Origin: Leucoraja erinacea
Taxonomy: Eukaryota
Assembly: GCF_028641065.1 (NCBI RefSeq)
Contig: NC_073404.1
Coordinates: 22,630,001-22,694,000, forward strand
Direction of reading: 5' to 3'
DNA: 64,000 nt
Part shown: one piece after another, positions 47,401-59,400 of the stretch
Numbering within the stretch: the stretch's first letter is position 1
Layout: each line of letters opens with the position of its first letter
Notes under the pieces: model-generated
What the model was told of the DNA's origin: nothing
The model's database searches: none
Seen by the model: only the letters and a program-made list of their open reading frames with translations
Program-made: the position numbers and the translations under genes

Positions 47401-50400
47401 TGTTGCACGTAGCATGGATAACAGACAGATTCTAATGATGTTGTTTCAAGAGACAGACCAATGCTGAGCATAATCAGCAAAGGCATCGGAACATTGAACT
47501 ACATTGTCTGAACTGTGGGATATCAAGTAAAGTAGAAGTAATCAAACTTTATGGTGCTATGGTAACATCTTCGATTTTATGTTCAATTCTTGTTGCCAAG
47601 TAACAAGACATTTAAGTATTGGAGACATGAGTGACAGGAAATATGAATGTGATCTCTGGAGAATGTCGGGATTCTTCAACCTATTAAGTAATCTGACAAG
47701 TAATTTTACAGAGATTAATTCATACAGTTGATATTAGAAATAATACAAATACATTATATATTTAAATTTAGTAGTACTGGATCAAGGTCACAAAAAGTGA
47801 TAATTGTGGAATAAACTTCCAGCTGAAGATGGAATACAGAAGGAAGTAGGGCTCTAGGATCTTTATTAATGGTTTAATTAAATTGATTTGATGAGTAAGG
47901 GTGTTAGGGGTTATGGGGAGAAGGCAGGAGAATGAGGTTGAGAGCAAAAGATAGATCAGCCATGATTAAATGGCTGAGTAGACATGATGGGCCGAATGAC
48001 CTAATTCTGCTCCTAAAACCTATGAACGTGTCAGAGGCATTCGTCTCCTGTAATTACTTTGCAAATTTCCCATTAATGCATTGATTTCTTTTTTGCTTCT
48101 CACAGCTTTCCATGAAGTTGGGGGCTATCAGGCATTGTTTGCCAAGTACAAGGATGCCGTGCCAATTCTTCATGATTCAATAGATCCTTCCCGCTATAAC
48201 ATCTCTGACAAGTGCTATCTTCCTCGTGCTGACGCATTCAATCTTCTGCGAGATGCAGTCAGTGGCGACTTACCCTGGCCAGGATTGATCTTTGGTATAA
48301 GCATCATTGGAGTTTGGTTCTGGTGCAGTGATCAGGTAAGTTGCTGAGTAGCCAATATGACTTTGATCCCCAGGCCTCAACAAATTATTTCCTTTTAGAA
48401 ACTTCTCCACAAGCATCCGTATACATCTGCCCTTTCACCTGTGGATTTAAATAATTGGTGTGTTAAGTACACTGTTCTTCCCTAAAATAATGGAATCAAT
48501 CTTTCAATTCTTCACTGACAATATATTATTAGGCTTCAGGCAATAACAGACTTGTCCCTATGATACAATCTGATGCATGCCCAAGAAGTGAAGCATCAAA
48601 TTATATCTAAGAGGAGATCGGATGTGAGTAGGAGGGGGAATAACGAAGATGATGGAAGATATAATCAATGAGTTTTCATGAGATAATGGACCCGAATGAC
48701 AAACAGAATAGTGCTATTAATGGTGAGACAGGATGGCATAGGGTGCATATTAACGTATGAATGAGAGGAGTGGAAAATCGAGTATAACTGCTAGAATGGT
48801 GAGGTACACACTGGAGAAACAACAGATTACAGATGCTGGAAATCAGAAGTAAAGTTAAATCAAACTGAGTACAGATGACTCGTCGTGACCCAAAATGTTG
48901 ATTATCCATTTCCCTTCACAGATGCTGCAACCTGCTGAGTTCCTCTAGCAGATTGTTTTTGCATTAATTTTAGACTACTTCAGATATTTCTCCCATTTTT
49001 TTTTTTAATATGCATCTCTTCCAGGTCATCATCCAACGATGCTTAGCTGCTAAGAACCTGACACACGTGAAGGCTGGTTGTGTTCTATGTGGTTACATAA
49101 AGTTGTTGCCCATGTATCTGATGGTCTTGCCGGGCATGATCAGTCGAATTCTATACCCAGGTAAGGTTTCTTTATCAAATGGCTATTTATTCCATGCATG
49201 AACATTTCTGTGAGGAAACATGAAAACTAAAAATGTTACAGATTATTGCTGAGGCCTTCCCTCAGGTTAGCACTCAGCTGGATTAGTGTGGTGTAGATTG
49301 GTTCAAGAACCTGATACTGACCGGAGATGAGGGTGGAAGTTGAAGGGCGTTAATTAGCCAGCGAGGTGAACGGTAATAAAATGGGGGTAATTGCTCAGAG
49401 TGCTCTATCTGGTCGAGCAATATTTATGTGACAAAGAGTTTTATTCTTTCCAGCATGTCAATCAATAGTTGATTAAAATTTGGGATAATACTAAATGGTT
49501 TCATTATAAGGAGTTAATTTGGGACATTTTTTGAAACAGCAATGCAGTTCATTCTAAAGAGCTTCCATTTTGTCCCGTAGATGAGGTTGCATGTGTTGTG
49601 CCAGAGGAATGTGAGAAGATATGTGGCACTCCAGTTGGTTGCTCGAACATTGCCTACCCAAAGATGGTGGTTGCCCTGATGCCCAAGGGTAAACAATCTG
49701 TTTCACTGTAACCAAGCTACAAATAGCTCAAATTGTATTCCCCCCCTCTCCCTGAAGCTTCTCTGTGTTCAATTTAGAATTTATCTCACCAATTCCTCTG
49801 GCTGTTGCTGCTCTCTTTTCACCTGCATGGATGCTGACTGCCCTCTGGTATATTACCTGTACCTTGCGTAAGGGAAATTAATTCATTGAAAGAGAAATCA
49901 TAATGGATCACGATTCCATATCAATCAATTGCAAAACATACAGCACTTTCCCACAGTGGTCTATGAGCATTGATCATAACCTTACCACAGCCTCATTGGA
50001 GCCAATTGCAACCTTAGTAAGGTAGTTATCCCTCCCTGCCACTCACTGCATGATAGAGTACTGCTCAATCGTAAATAAGTGTGCTCAACTTCTCATTTCA
50101 ACTCAGAGATCTCCTTCAGTTCTTAAGGGACTCTTTACATCACTCCACTCCTCCCTTAATACTTCAGTATTAAAATCCAAATTTGGTGCTATGATTTTAA
50201 TATTTCTTTATTTCTATTATCTTCACCTACTTTTTACATTTTAATCCTGTGCCTTGCCTTTAATTTGGTGTAGAATGCCACTGTTTTTGGAGACTAATCA
50301 TCTTAGCTCTACAATGTGAGTTGCTCAGGTTAGAGTCCTAGGCTCACCCATCTCCAGCTGACTTGCTGATGGTCATAGATAGACACAAAATGCTGGAGTA

Positions 50401-53400
50401 ACTCAATGGGACAGGCATCATCTCTGGAACTTTTTACATTTTAATCCTGAGCCTTGTCTTTAATTTGAGAGAGAATGCCACTGTGGTTGGAAACTAATCA
50501 TCTTATCTCCAGAGATCTCTTTGATCCAGAGATGCTGCCTGTCCTGCTGAGTTACTCCAGCATTTTGTGTCTGTCTTCAGTGTAAATCTGCACCTGCAAT
50601 TCCTTCCAACACCACTGATGGCCATCATTAGATCATAATAATAATAATATATTTTATTGTCATTGCACACAAGTGCAACGAGATTTGGTATGCAGCTTCC
50701 ATCCGATGTCATAACTTAAATAACTAATACAATTTAGATTTAGATACCCCGAGAACATGGTTTGTAAAAAGAACATTAAAACAGTAAAACAGTCAAAACA
50801 GTGGATCAACAAACTTTTATTCAGAGGTGAAGCTAAGCAGGCATGGACTAATGCATCATACGGTTATAAAAGTGGCCACCAGTTTAAGTATAAATGGGTC
50901 AAAACTGCAATGTTAGTGGTACAACTCTACTGGAGTTCTCTACTCTACTGGTGAAAACAAGTAAATTACTTTTATACCTGAATTTAATCATCAATTATCT
51001 ATTTGTAGCAATTTGATAGAACTGAATGGTGTGCCAGATCATTTCAAAGAGCATTACTGTGGGTCTGGAATCAATGGCAGGCCAGGGAAAGGTAAAAATC
51101 CTCTAGAGGGATATTAATAAATCAAGTAGACTTTTACAACAATCCAGTAACCTCATGAATCAAGATACTAGGTTTTTATTCTCAGCATACTTCATTCACT
51201 GAATTTAAATTGCCTAGTTTACGAGATGACCTTTGTACTCATGTCTCTGTGTTAACAGTCCAGGTCTCTGCGTTGCTAGTTCAGTAGCATAATTTGGATG
51301 CAAATGTTCCCAAGCAGTCTATCCTAATCTTCGCACTGTTCCCAGTATGTCTACATTTTACATCTACACTTTCCCCATTGTGTCCTTTTTATATATACCC
51401 ATAGTTTTCAGGTGGTACTTTATTCATCCTCAATGTGTAAGAAGGAACTGCAGATGCTGGTTTAAACTGAAGATAGACACAAAAATTTGGAGTAATTCTG
51501 TGGGTCAAACAGCATCTCTGGAGAATATGAATAGGTGGCGTTTCAGGTCTGAAGAAAGGTCTCAATCCGCAACTTCACCTATTCTCCAGAGATGCTGTTC
51601 GACCCGCTGAGTTACTCCAGCTTTTTGTGTTCATCCATACTGAGTTGTTCTGGTGGCAGATTGTTGCTATTGTTCAGTATGTCTCCTTGATGCATGATTA
51701 ATTTAAATTTGCTTGGCTCCCCTGTACAGGGCTTCGTGGTTTAATGCTTGCAGTTATGCTAGCAGCTCTCATGAGTTCACTGGCATCCATCTTCAATAGC
51801 AGCAGCACTCTCTTCACCATGGACATCTGGGCAAGAATCCGGAAGGAAGCCAGCAACAAGGAACTAATGATTGTTGGCAGGTGAATGGTCATTAACAGAA
51901 TCAAAGAAATGTTTCGCAAGAGAATTACAGACGAATGAAGACATTTTGGCACATCACAGCTCATCAATCTTGAAGATATTAACCCCTGCAACATTTTGAT
52001 TGTTAGTTAAATAATTCCAGGAATTTTAGTTCACTGCAGCCGGAAATAATTACACATGTTGCTCATTGTTCGAAAGATTGAGTGAATTATCTTCTTCTAA
52101 TCTTACTGGCTGTACATGGCTACATTTTGACCGCAGTGCCATTACAATCACAAAGTCATATGCAACCTCTCTTTCTACATTATCTTATTCTTAAATATCA
52201 TGGCTAGGATTTATTTCAGGAAACAGTGCAAAAGAGGAATCAAGGGTACAAATTGATGTTTGTCTATTGCTTTACAATTGTTTACTTATGTTTGGTTACT
52301 TCATATATGAAGTTTGTATGTGTATAATAGTTGTATGTATATATATGTCTGTAGGTATTATGGAAAATTGCCTGGGGTAGTATTATTATTATTAATTAAT
52401 TGATTTTTAAATATGGTAGAAGTGTTGGGGAAAAGGGGTGAGATTTAATAAGTTATTCTTCTTCTCACTCCTTTTCGAGCTTGTACAGACAGAGTTGGAC
52501 ATTGGAAATTTGCTTTTTGTTCTTTTCATTGCTTGTAAATATTGATTGTAATGTCCAATTGTTTGATAATTTCGATTTTGTTACTATTAATGTCTTTAAT
52601 GTCTTTACTTGTTCGGAATAAATAAAATAAATAAATAAATAAATAAATAAATGTACATATGCAAAATAGAACTAATCATAGCAACAGGTATGAATCGCAA
52701 ATTTCCTTGTTCTGTTCCTCAGGATCTGGATTCTCTGTATTGTCACGATCAGCATTGCATGGATACCTGTGGTCCAGGCAGCACAAAGTGGACAACTCTT
52801 CGACTATATCCAGTCTGTCACCAGTTACTTGGCACCACCCATTGGCGCAGTTGTCCTGCTAGGTGTCTTTGTGAAAAGGATCAATGAGCCAGTAAGTAGC
52901 TATTCTGATATAAGAGTGACTGATGGAAATGTATAATATCCTATTCATCTCCAGATTGATCCCTTATCATTCCCAGAACAAATACAACATGTTAGATACA
53001 ATGTGAAGCACCTGCCATACTTCCCTTTGAGACACACATTAGCCAGGTGCACAAAGTGTTGGGCATGGATCAACCGGGTTCAATATTTTAAAGAAAATGT
53101 GGTATAGTTCTAATGAAGGGGTCTCAAATTTGGAACATAAACCAAATACCCTGAGTTACACACCTCGTATCGACCTGGCTGTTGATGGATATATCAGGTC
53201 TGAGAGTGGAGCTTATCTTTGTGATGGGCAGGTAAAGATGAATGCTGATGACCAGAAGTTCTGCCCTTCACAACAGAATTGGAACTGATTTGAACAAGTA
53301 TGAACGGAGAATAAGCTACCTGCCATAGAGAGCGCCCATAGTCTGAAAGACTGTTGTCTTTTCATTTATATTTTTTCTGTCAGCTGTGCTTCTGAGCAAG

Positions 53401-56400
53401 ATTCTGAAAGCTGCCTTTCTCTAGTTTCAGGCAAGGAAATCATCTTCTCCCCTTCCTTCTATTAAGGAACTGTAATTATGCAATTTAAATTGCCGTGGAT
53501 ATTTTCATAATTTATCAATAAAATGAAGTCAGAAATAGAGCAGAAGTCTGTGGAAATTAAAGGAGTCAGAATAAGTACACAAGAAAAAAGTAGTAACTAA
53601 ACCTGGGAGGTACTCTGTCACTGGGAGTACAGACAATGCAACTACTTCTTGAATCTACCCTGGTGACAGGTTACTTTCACTGTATAACCTCCTCATTCCC
53701 AGTATCTGCTCCTCCTCCATGACCGGCATTTGACTGAATAAGTGAAACAGTGGCTGACGATACAAACCGTTGCCAAACAGTGGACGAACCAGACTCTTGA
53801 TTTTTTTTCCTTCTCCTGTGTTAATATTTTTCAGAGGAATTGGAACCAATGTTCAATTTTCTCTCAATGTTCATCTTGCACTTCCCCAGTGATGTTCTTC
53901 CTGGATTCCTGAGAGTCATGGAGTAAGAGCCACAATCCTACAAATTAGGGCGGCACACAGGGCCAGAGGCCAGGGTGTGACTGTGTGAAGTTTGCACGTT
54001 CTCCCTGTGAGCACGTGGGTGTCCTCTGGCTGCTCCGGTTTCCTCCCACTTCCCAAAGATGTGCGGGTGTGTAGGTTAATTGGCCTCTGTAAATTCTCCC
54101 TCGTGTGTAGGCAGTGGATGATAAAGTGGGATGACGTAGAACTGGTGTGAATGAGTAAATTCACTTCACTGCACCTTATGGTGCATGTGACAAATACATT
54201 TGAAATTGATTTCATTTGATTGATAGTCGGCATGGACTTAGTGAGTTGAAGAGCCTATTTCTATGCTGTATTTTTCAATCAATCATCAATCAAGTTACTC
54301 CTCGTTGTTTTGACTTATTCCAATGGGTGCTGGAGAGACATATAACCTTACTTTGATTCATTGAGATACACAATACTCATTTTCCACCCTGCTTTGCTTA
54401 AAAGGATAACTGTCTTAAATTTTAAAGGATCCTTAGATGATTAAAAGATCCTCAGATAATTACTTTTTCTGATAATTATACTAATGGAGTGGTTATTTCT
54501 TTAGTTCTTTCACTAAACTACACTTTAAGACTTTCATGGTTTCCTTCGCCTGAAGTTAGATTAAAACTGAGTAATGAATCAGTCTTTCCATGCTTAATAT
54601 CTGATTTTCCATAAGTAAAAACCCTCTCAGAGGTGATAGAGGATTATGATTAACATGCAGGCTTGTCCCAAAAATTACTTACTGCCATTGGTTTATAGGA
54701 TTGTTAGTAACTTTAATAATAATTGCTATAGATGAGCATACTTGCTGCTAGTTGTGATTTTACTCTGCAGGGTGCCTTCTGGGGTTTGATCGGAGGTCTG
54801 GCCATGGGTCTCTGTCGCATGATAGCCGAGTTTGTCTATGGCACGGGCAGCTGCATCTTCCCATCCTCTTGCCCCTTTATCTTCTGTGGCATCCACTACC
54901 TCCATTTTGCCATCATTTTGTTCAGCTGCACATGTATCCTGGTCCTCATCATCTCCTTCTGCACTCCAAAGATCGAAGAAAAACATGTGAGTTTTTGTTG
55001 ATTATTAATTGGCTTCTATTTCACAACGAAGAAAGGCATAATATTTATCGCAATGTGCTTGTCTCATTAACTATTTTTATCTTTCTATTTCCGATAGCAG
55101 CAGGAGTAACCCATTTGCGTCATCAATCAATATAATTCTGATGGACAGAAAATGCTGAAGAAACTCAGCAGGAGATGCAGCATCTATGGAGAGAAGGAAT
55201 AGGCGATGTTTCAGGTCGAGACCCTTCTTCAGTCTGAGTGCACCTTGGTGTACAAGTTCATCTGAAGAAGGGTCTCAACCCGAAACGTCGCCTATTCCTT
55301 CTTTCCAAAGATGCTGCCTCACCCGCTGAGTTTCTCCAGCATTTTTTTGTCTACATTCAATTGTTCCACCATCTGCAGTTATTTCTTAAATATAATTCTG
55401 GTCTTCTTCTACCTCACCACACTTCCTCACATTCCTTAATACCTTAATTCCTTAGTAGCTTCACTGTCAGAATTTTTAAGTCTTAAAAATGTGGTAACTG
55501 AGCACCTGAAATAGAGAGTAGTGATATTGTGATTTATTATTGTCATGTGCAACAAGATACCGTGGGCTATCCAGTTAAATAATACACAAATGCAACAGGT
55601 AAGTGCAGAAAGTAAAAGGAAACTGAGTGCCGCATATAGTGTTACAGCTACAGAGGAAGTGCAGATGAAAAAGATTGCAAGATTGGGTGATCGATAATAG
55701 AGGATTTTTTGTGCGACTGGTTGGCTGTGGCTAGAGAAGTTTAATTGGGATCAGTTTTGGCGCCCTTGCAGTTTGTACATGAATGGTTTGGATGTCGATG
55801 AAGAAGGCATGATCAGGAAGTTTGCAGTTGCCACTTTTGGTGAAGTTGTTGATATCGTGGAGAGTTGTCATAGGATATAGAATGATGCCGATGAAATTGG
55901 CTGAGAAATGGCAGATGGAGTTTAATCCAGATAATTGTGGTGTACAAGTCCATCTGTAACCAGTTCTCAGTCCATGTTGATGTCCCATGAGCCCTAATTA
56001 TGTGCCTCTTGTGTGGCATTTTCTCTTGTGAATTTTATCAATCAGATGTGCTGCATCTACTTCTCTTTATCTGTTGATCTGCGATTGGCTCAGTTTAAAT
56101 TTCTCATGGTAAAAGATACTGATAGAAGAAAGGAGAAAAAAGAGAATGAGAGAGAGTTTGAGTTTTTGTTTAATTTATTGTCACATGTACTAAGGTACAG
56201 GGAAAGCTTTTGTTGCGTGTTAACCTGTTTGCGGAAAGACAATATACATGATTACAATTGAGCCGTCTACAGTGTACAGATGCACGATCAAGGGAATAAC
56301 ATGAATAATATTTAGTGCAAGATAAAGCCAGTAGAGTCCGATCAAAGATAGTCCAAGGGTCTCCAATTAAGTAAGTAGTAGTTCAGGACTGCTCTTTAGT

Positions 56401-59400
56401 TGTTGTTAGGATGGTTCAGTTGCTTGATAACAGCTGGGAAGAAACTGTCCCTGAATCTGGAAAATCTGGAATCCGAAGAGGTGAATAAAGATGTGTGAAT
56501 GAGAGGAGAGAGACAATGAGGTGAAGGGAGTGAAGAGGCACCCTGGTGTACCTACAGAGGAGGGCAGACAGCAACGGAAGAGGAAAAAGAGACTAATTGC
56601 TAGCAGCAGAAGATAGACGGAGAAACACTAAAATGGCAAGAGACTGAGATAAATTAGGAGGCAATGTAAAAAAGCAGATTATAAAGGATGAGATAATGAA
56701 GATAGAGACATGGATCTAAAGACAGAGAGAGTCAACAAAGAGGAAAAGATAAACAGATTGGCAAAAATGAGCTAAAACATAATGAGAATAAGATATCTTT
56801 GAGGTGTAACAGATGGCAGATGAACAAGTCCAATGGATGTGGTGCAAACAGACTTCCAGAAAGACATCGATAATCTACTACACAGAAAACATTTTTTGGA
56901 GGAAATTAAGTGGCATAGAATTGAAGTTTTATGGTAAACAAGATGAAAAACTTGCCTGAAGGGAAGGAACAGATGGCAGGATTTTTAAACATTAATTGCC
57001 AGGAAACATTAACTTCTATTCTGGGACCACTTTGGTTGACTGTGCACTTGAATAATTTGTATATAAAGCCAGGGACAGTGAAGTCCAAGTTTGCAGATGA
57101 TACTAAGCAGGCAGAGTAAATGATTATGATTTGAAATTAAAGCTTGGTGAGGTTTACAAGATATTTAAAGCAGCTTCTAAGAATGATATGGACATATAAA
57201 GAATGTAAAAGCCAAGACATAATGAAACTGGATAAAATTGGATGGGTTTCATTATCAGAGTCACAGAAATGATACTAATTGTACATATTTGGGTCTTCAG
57301 CTCCATCGCCTGGTGTACAGCCTTCGCTACAGCCAGGCTGAAAGGGTTGACCTGGACGTTATTGAAATGGTGAAGCCAACTCTGAAAGTACAAGAAGAAG
57401 TAGAAAACAGCACAGTTGACATGCACCCAGTGATAACAGGTAGTAAGGCTGGAAATTTATAGCTACTAAGGTTACAGGGGAACTAGAAACGGACCAAAGC
57501 AAAGAAAAGTTATGAAAAAATAGTGGCAGGTTAACATTTTTAACAATCCAAAGATGTTTTAAATTTACAAAAGGAACAAGAGTATAACTAACTCTTTATT
57601 GTATCAACTTGATAGGCCAATGGCTTCCTTTTGTGTGTAAGTTTTCTATGATTCTAAGGGGGGGGGGGGGAAGGAAGACTGGGGAGCTTTATTAAATGTT
57701 CAGAGAACTGATAATTGAACACAACACAAGGAAATTATTTTGATTAATGAGTTCCTTGTGAGGCAAGACATTGCATAAAACTTGATTACACACAGAGAAA
57801 TGATTGTGAATGCTGAAGCCATGATTATTGTATCCAGTAAAAAATAAATGGATACTTAGTTGAAAGACTGAAGGTTTAGTTGTGGAGTAACATGGGCCCT
57901 TAGCAAATAGGCCCTTAGGTCTAATTCGTCCATGTCAACCAAAAGCACCCTCCTAAGCTGGTCCTATTTGACCATGTTAACCCTATTTCCTTCTAAACCT
58001 TTTCTATCAATGTAATTGTCTCTTAAATGTTGTTATTGTACATGCCTCTACCACTTTCCCTGGTAGCTCGTTCCATATAGACACTACCCTCTGTGTGGAG
58101 GTTGCCCCACAGGTCCTATTTAAATCTTTCCCACTCTCGCCTTAAACCTATGCCCTATTGTGTTTGATTCCCCTTCCCTTGGAAAAAGAGTGTGTGAATT
58201 CACACTCTATGCCCCTCGTAATTTTATGCTCTTCTATCCGGACACCCCACAGTTCTCCTAAAAGTCCAATCAATAAAGTCCTCGCCTGCCCAAACTCTCC
58301 CCATAACTTAGGCCGTCGAGTCCTGCCAACATTCTGGTAAGTCTCCTTTGCACTTGTTCCAGCTTAATGATGTATTTCCTATAACAGGGTAACGAAAACT
58401 GTACAGAATACTCCAAGTTTGGCCTCACCAATGTCTTGCATTGCTGATATTTAGCATTCCAACTCCTGTACTCAGAGCCCTGACTGATGAAGGTCAGCAC
58501 ATCAAATGCCTTCTTCATCAATCTTCCTGGAATGCTATTTAGATTGTACTACGTACTTGTACTCCTGGATCTCTCTGCACTGCAACATTCCCCAGAGTCC
58601 TACTGTTCAATGTGAAAGTCCTACCCTGGTTAGACATCCCATTAAATGCAAAATTGTATTCATCTGAATTGAACACCACTTGCCATGCGTCAGCTCACTT
58701 ACCTGGCTGATCGAGATCTTGTAATTGTTGACAACCTTCTTCACTGATACGATGCTTCCTTTTTTAGTGTCATCATCAAACTTAGTAATCATATCATGTA
58801 TATTATCATCCCAATTGTTTAAATAAATGATGAGCATCAATTCCTGTGGCACATCATTAGTCACTTGCCGCCACTCTGTAAACAGCCTAAAACTATCACC
58901 CTCTGCTTCCTCACATCAAGCCGATGATCTTATTTGCTAGCTCCCCCTGGATCCCATGCGATCTAACCTTCCTGACCAGCCTACCATGCAGGACTCTGTC
59001 AAAGGCCATTGTGATGTCTAGGTGCCAGTGCCCCTTGAGGCCAAAAGCTGAAGCTTTAAGACCACCAAAACCTCCTCTTTGGTAATTCATATATCTTGCA
59101 AGACATCACAATTCATTTGCTTCAATTCCTGAGGAATATTCATGAAATATTTCACGTATCTCCAGTAGCTCAGCACATATGTGTCGATGCTGATCCTTAT
59201 GAAGACATCGTTTCTCCCTGGCCACCATATTACTTTTATTTAACCTGTGAAATATCTTGGGATTTCTCTTTACCTAGCTTGCCAGATCTATATCACCTAC
59301 TTTTTTTCTCCTCCTAAGTGTACTCCATATACTCGTTAGTTGGACATACATGGGTCAAATTAGGAGAGAATATATTGGATTTTGCTGGGTACATGGAAAT

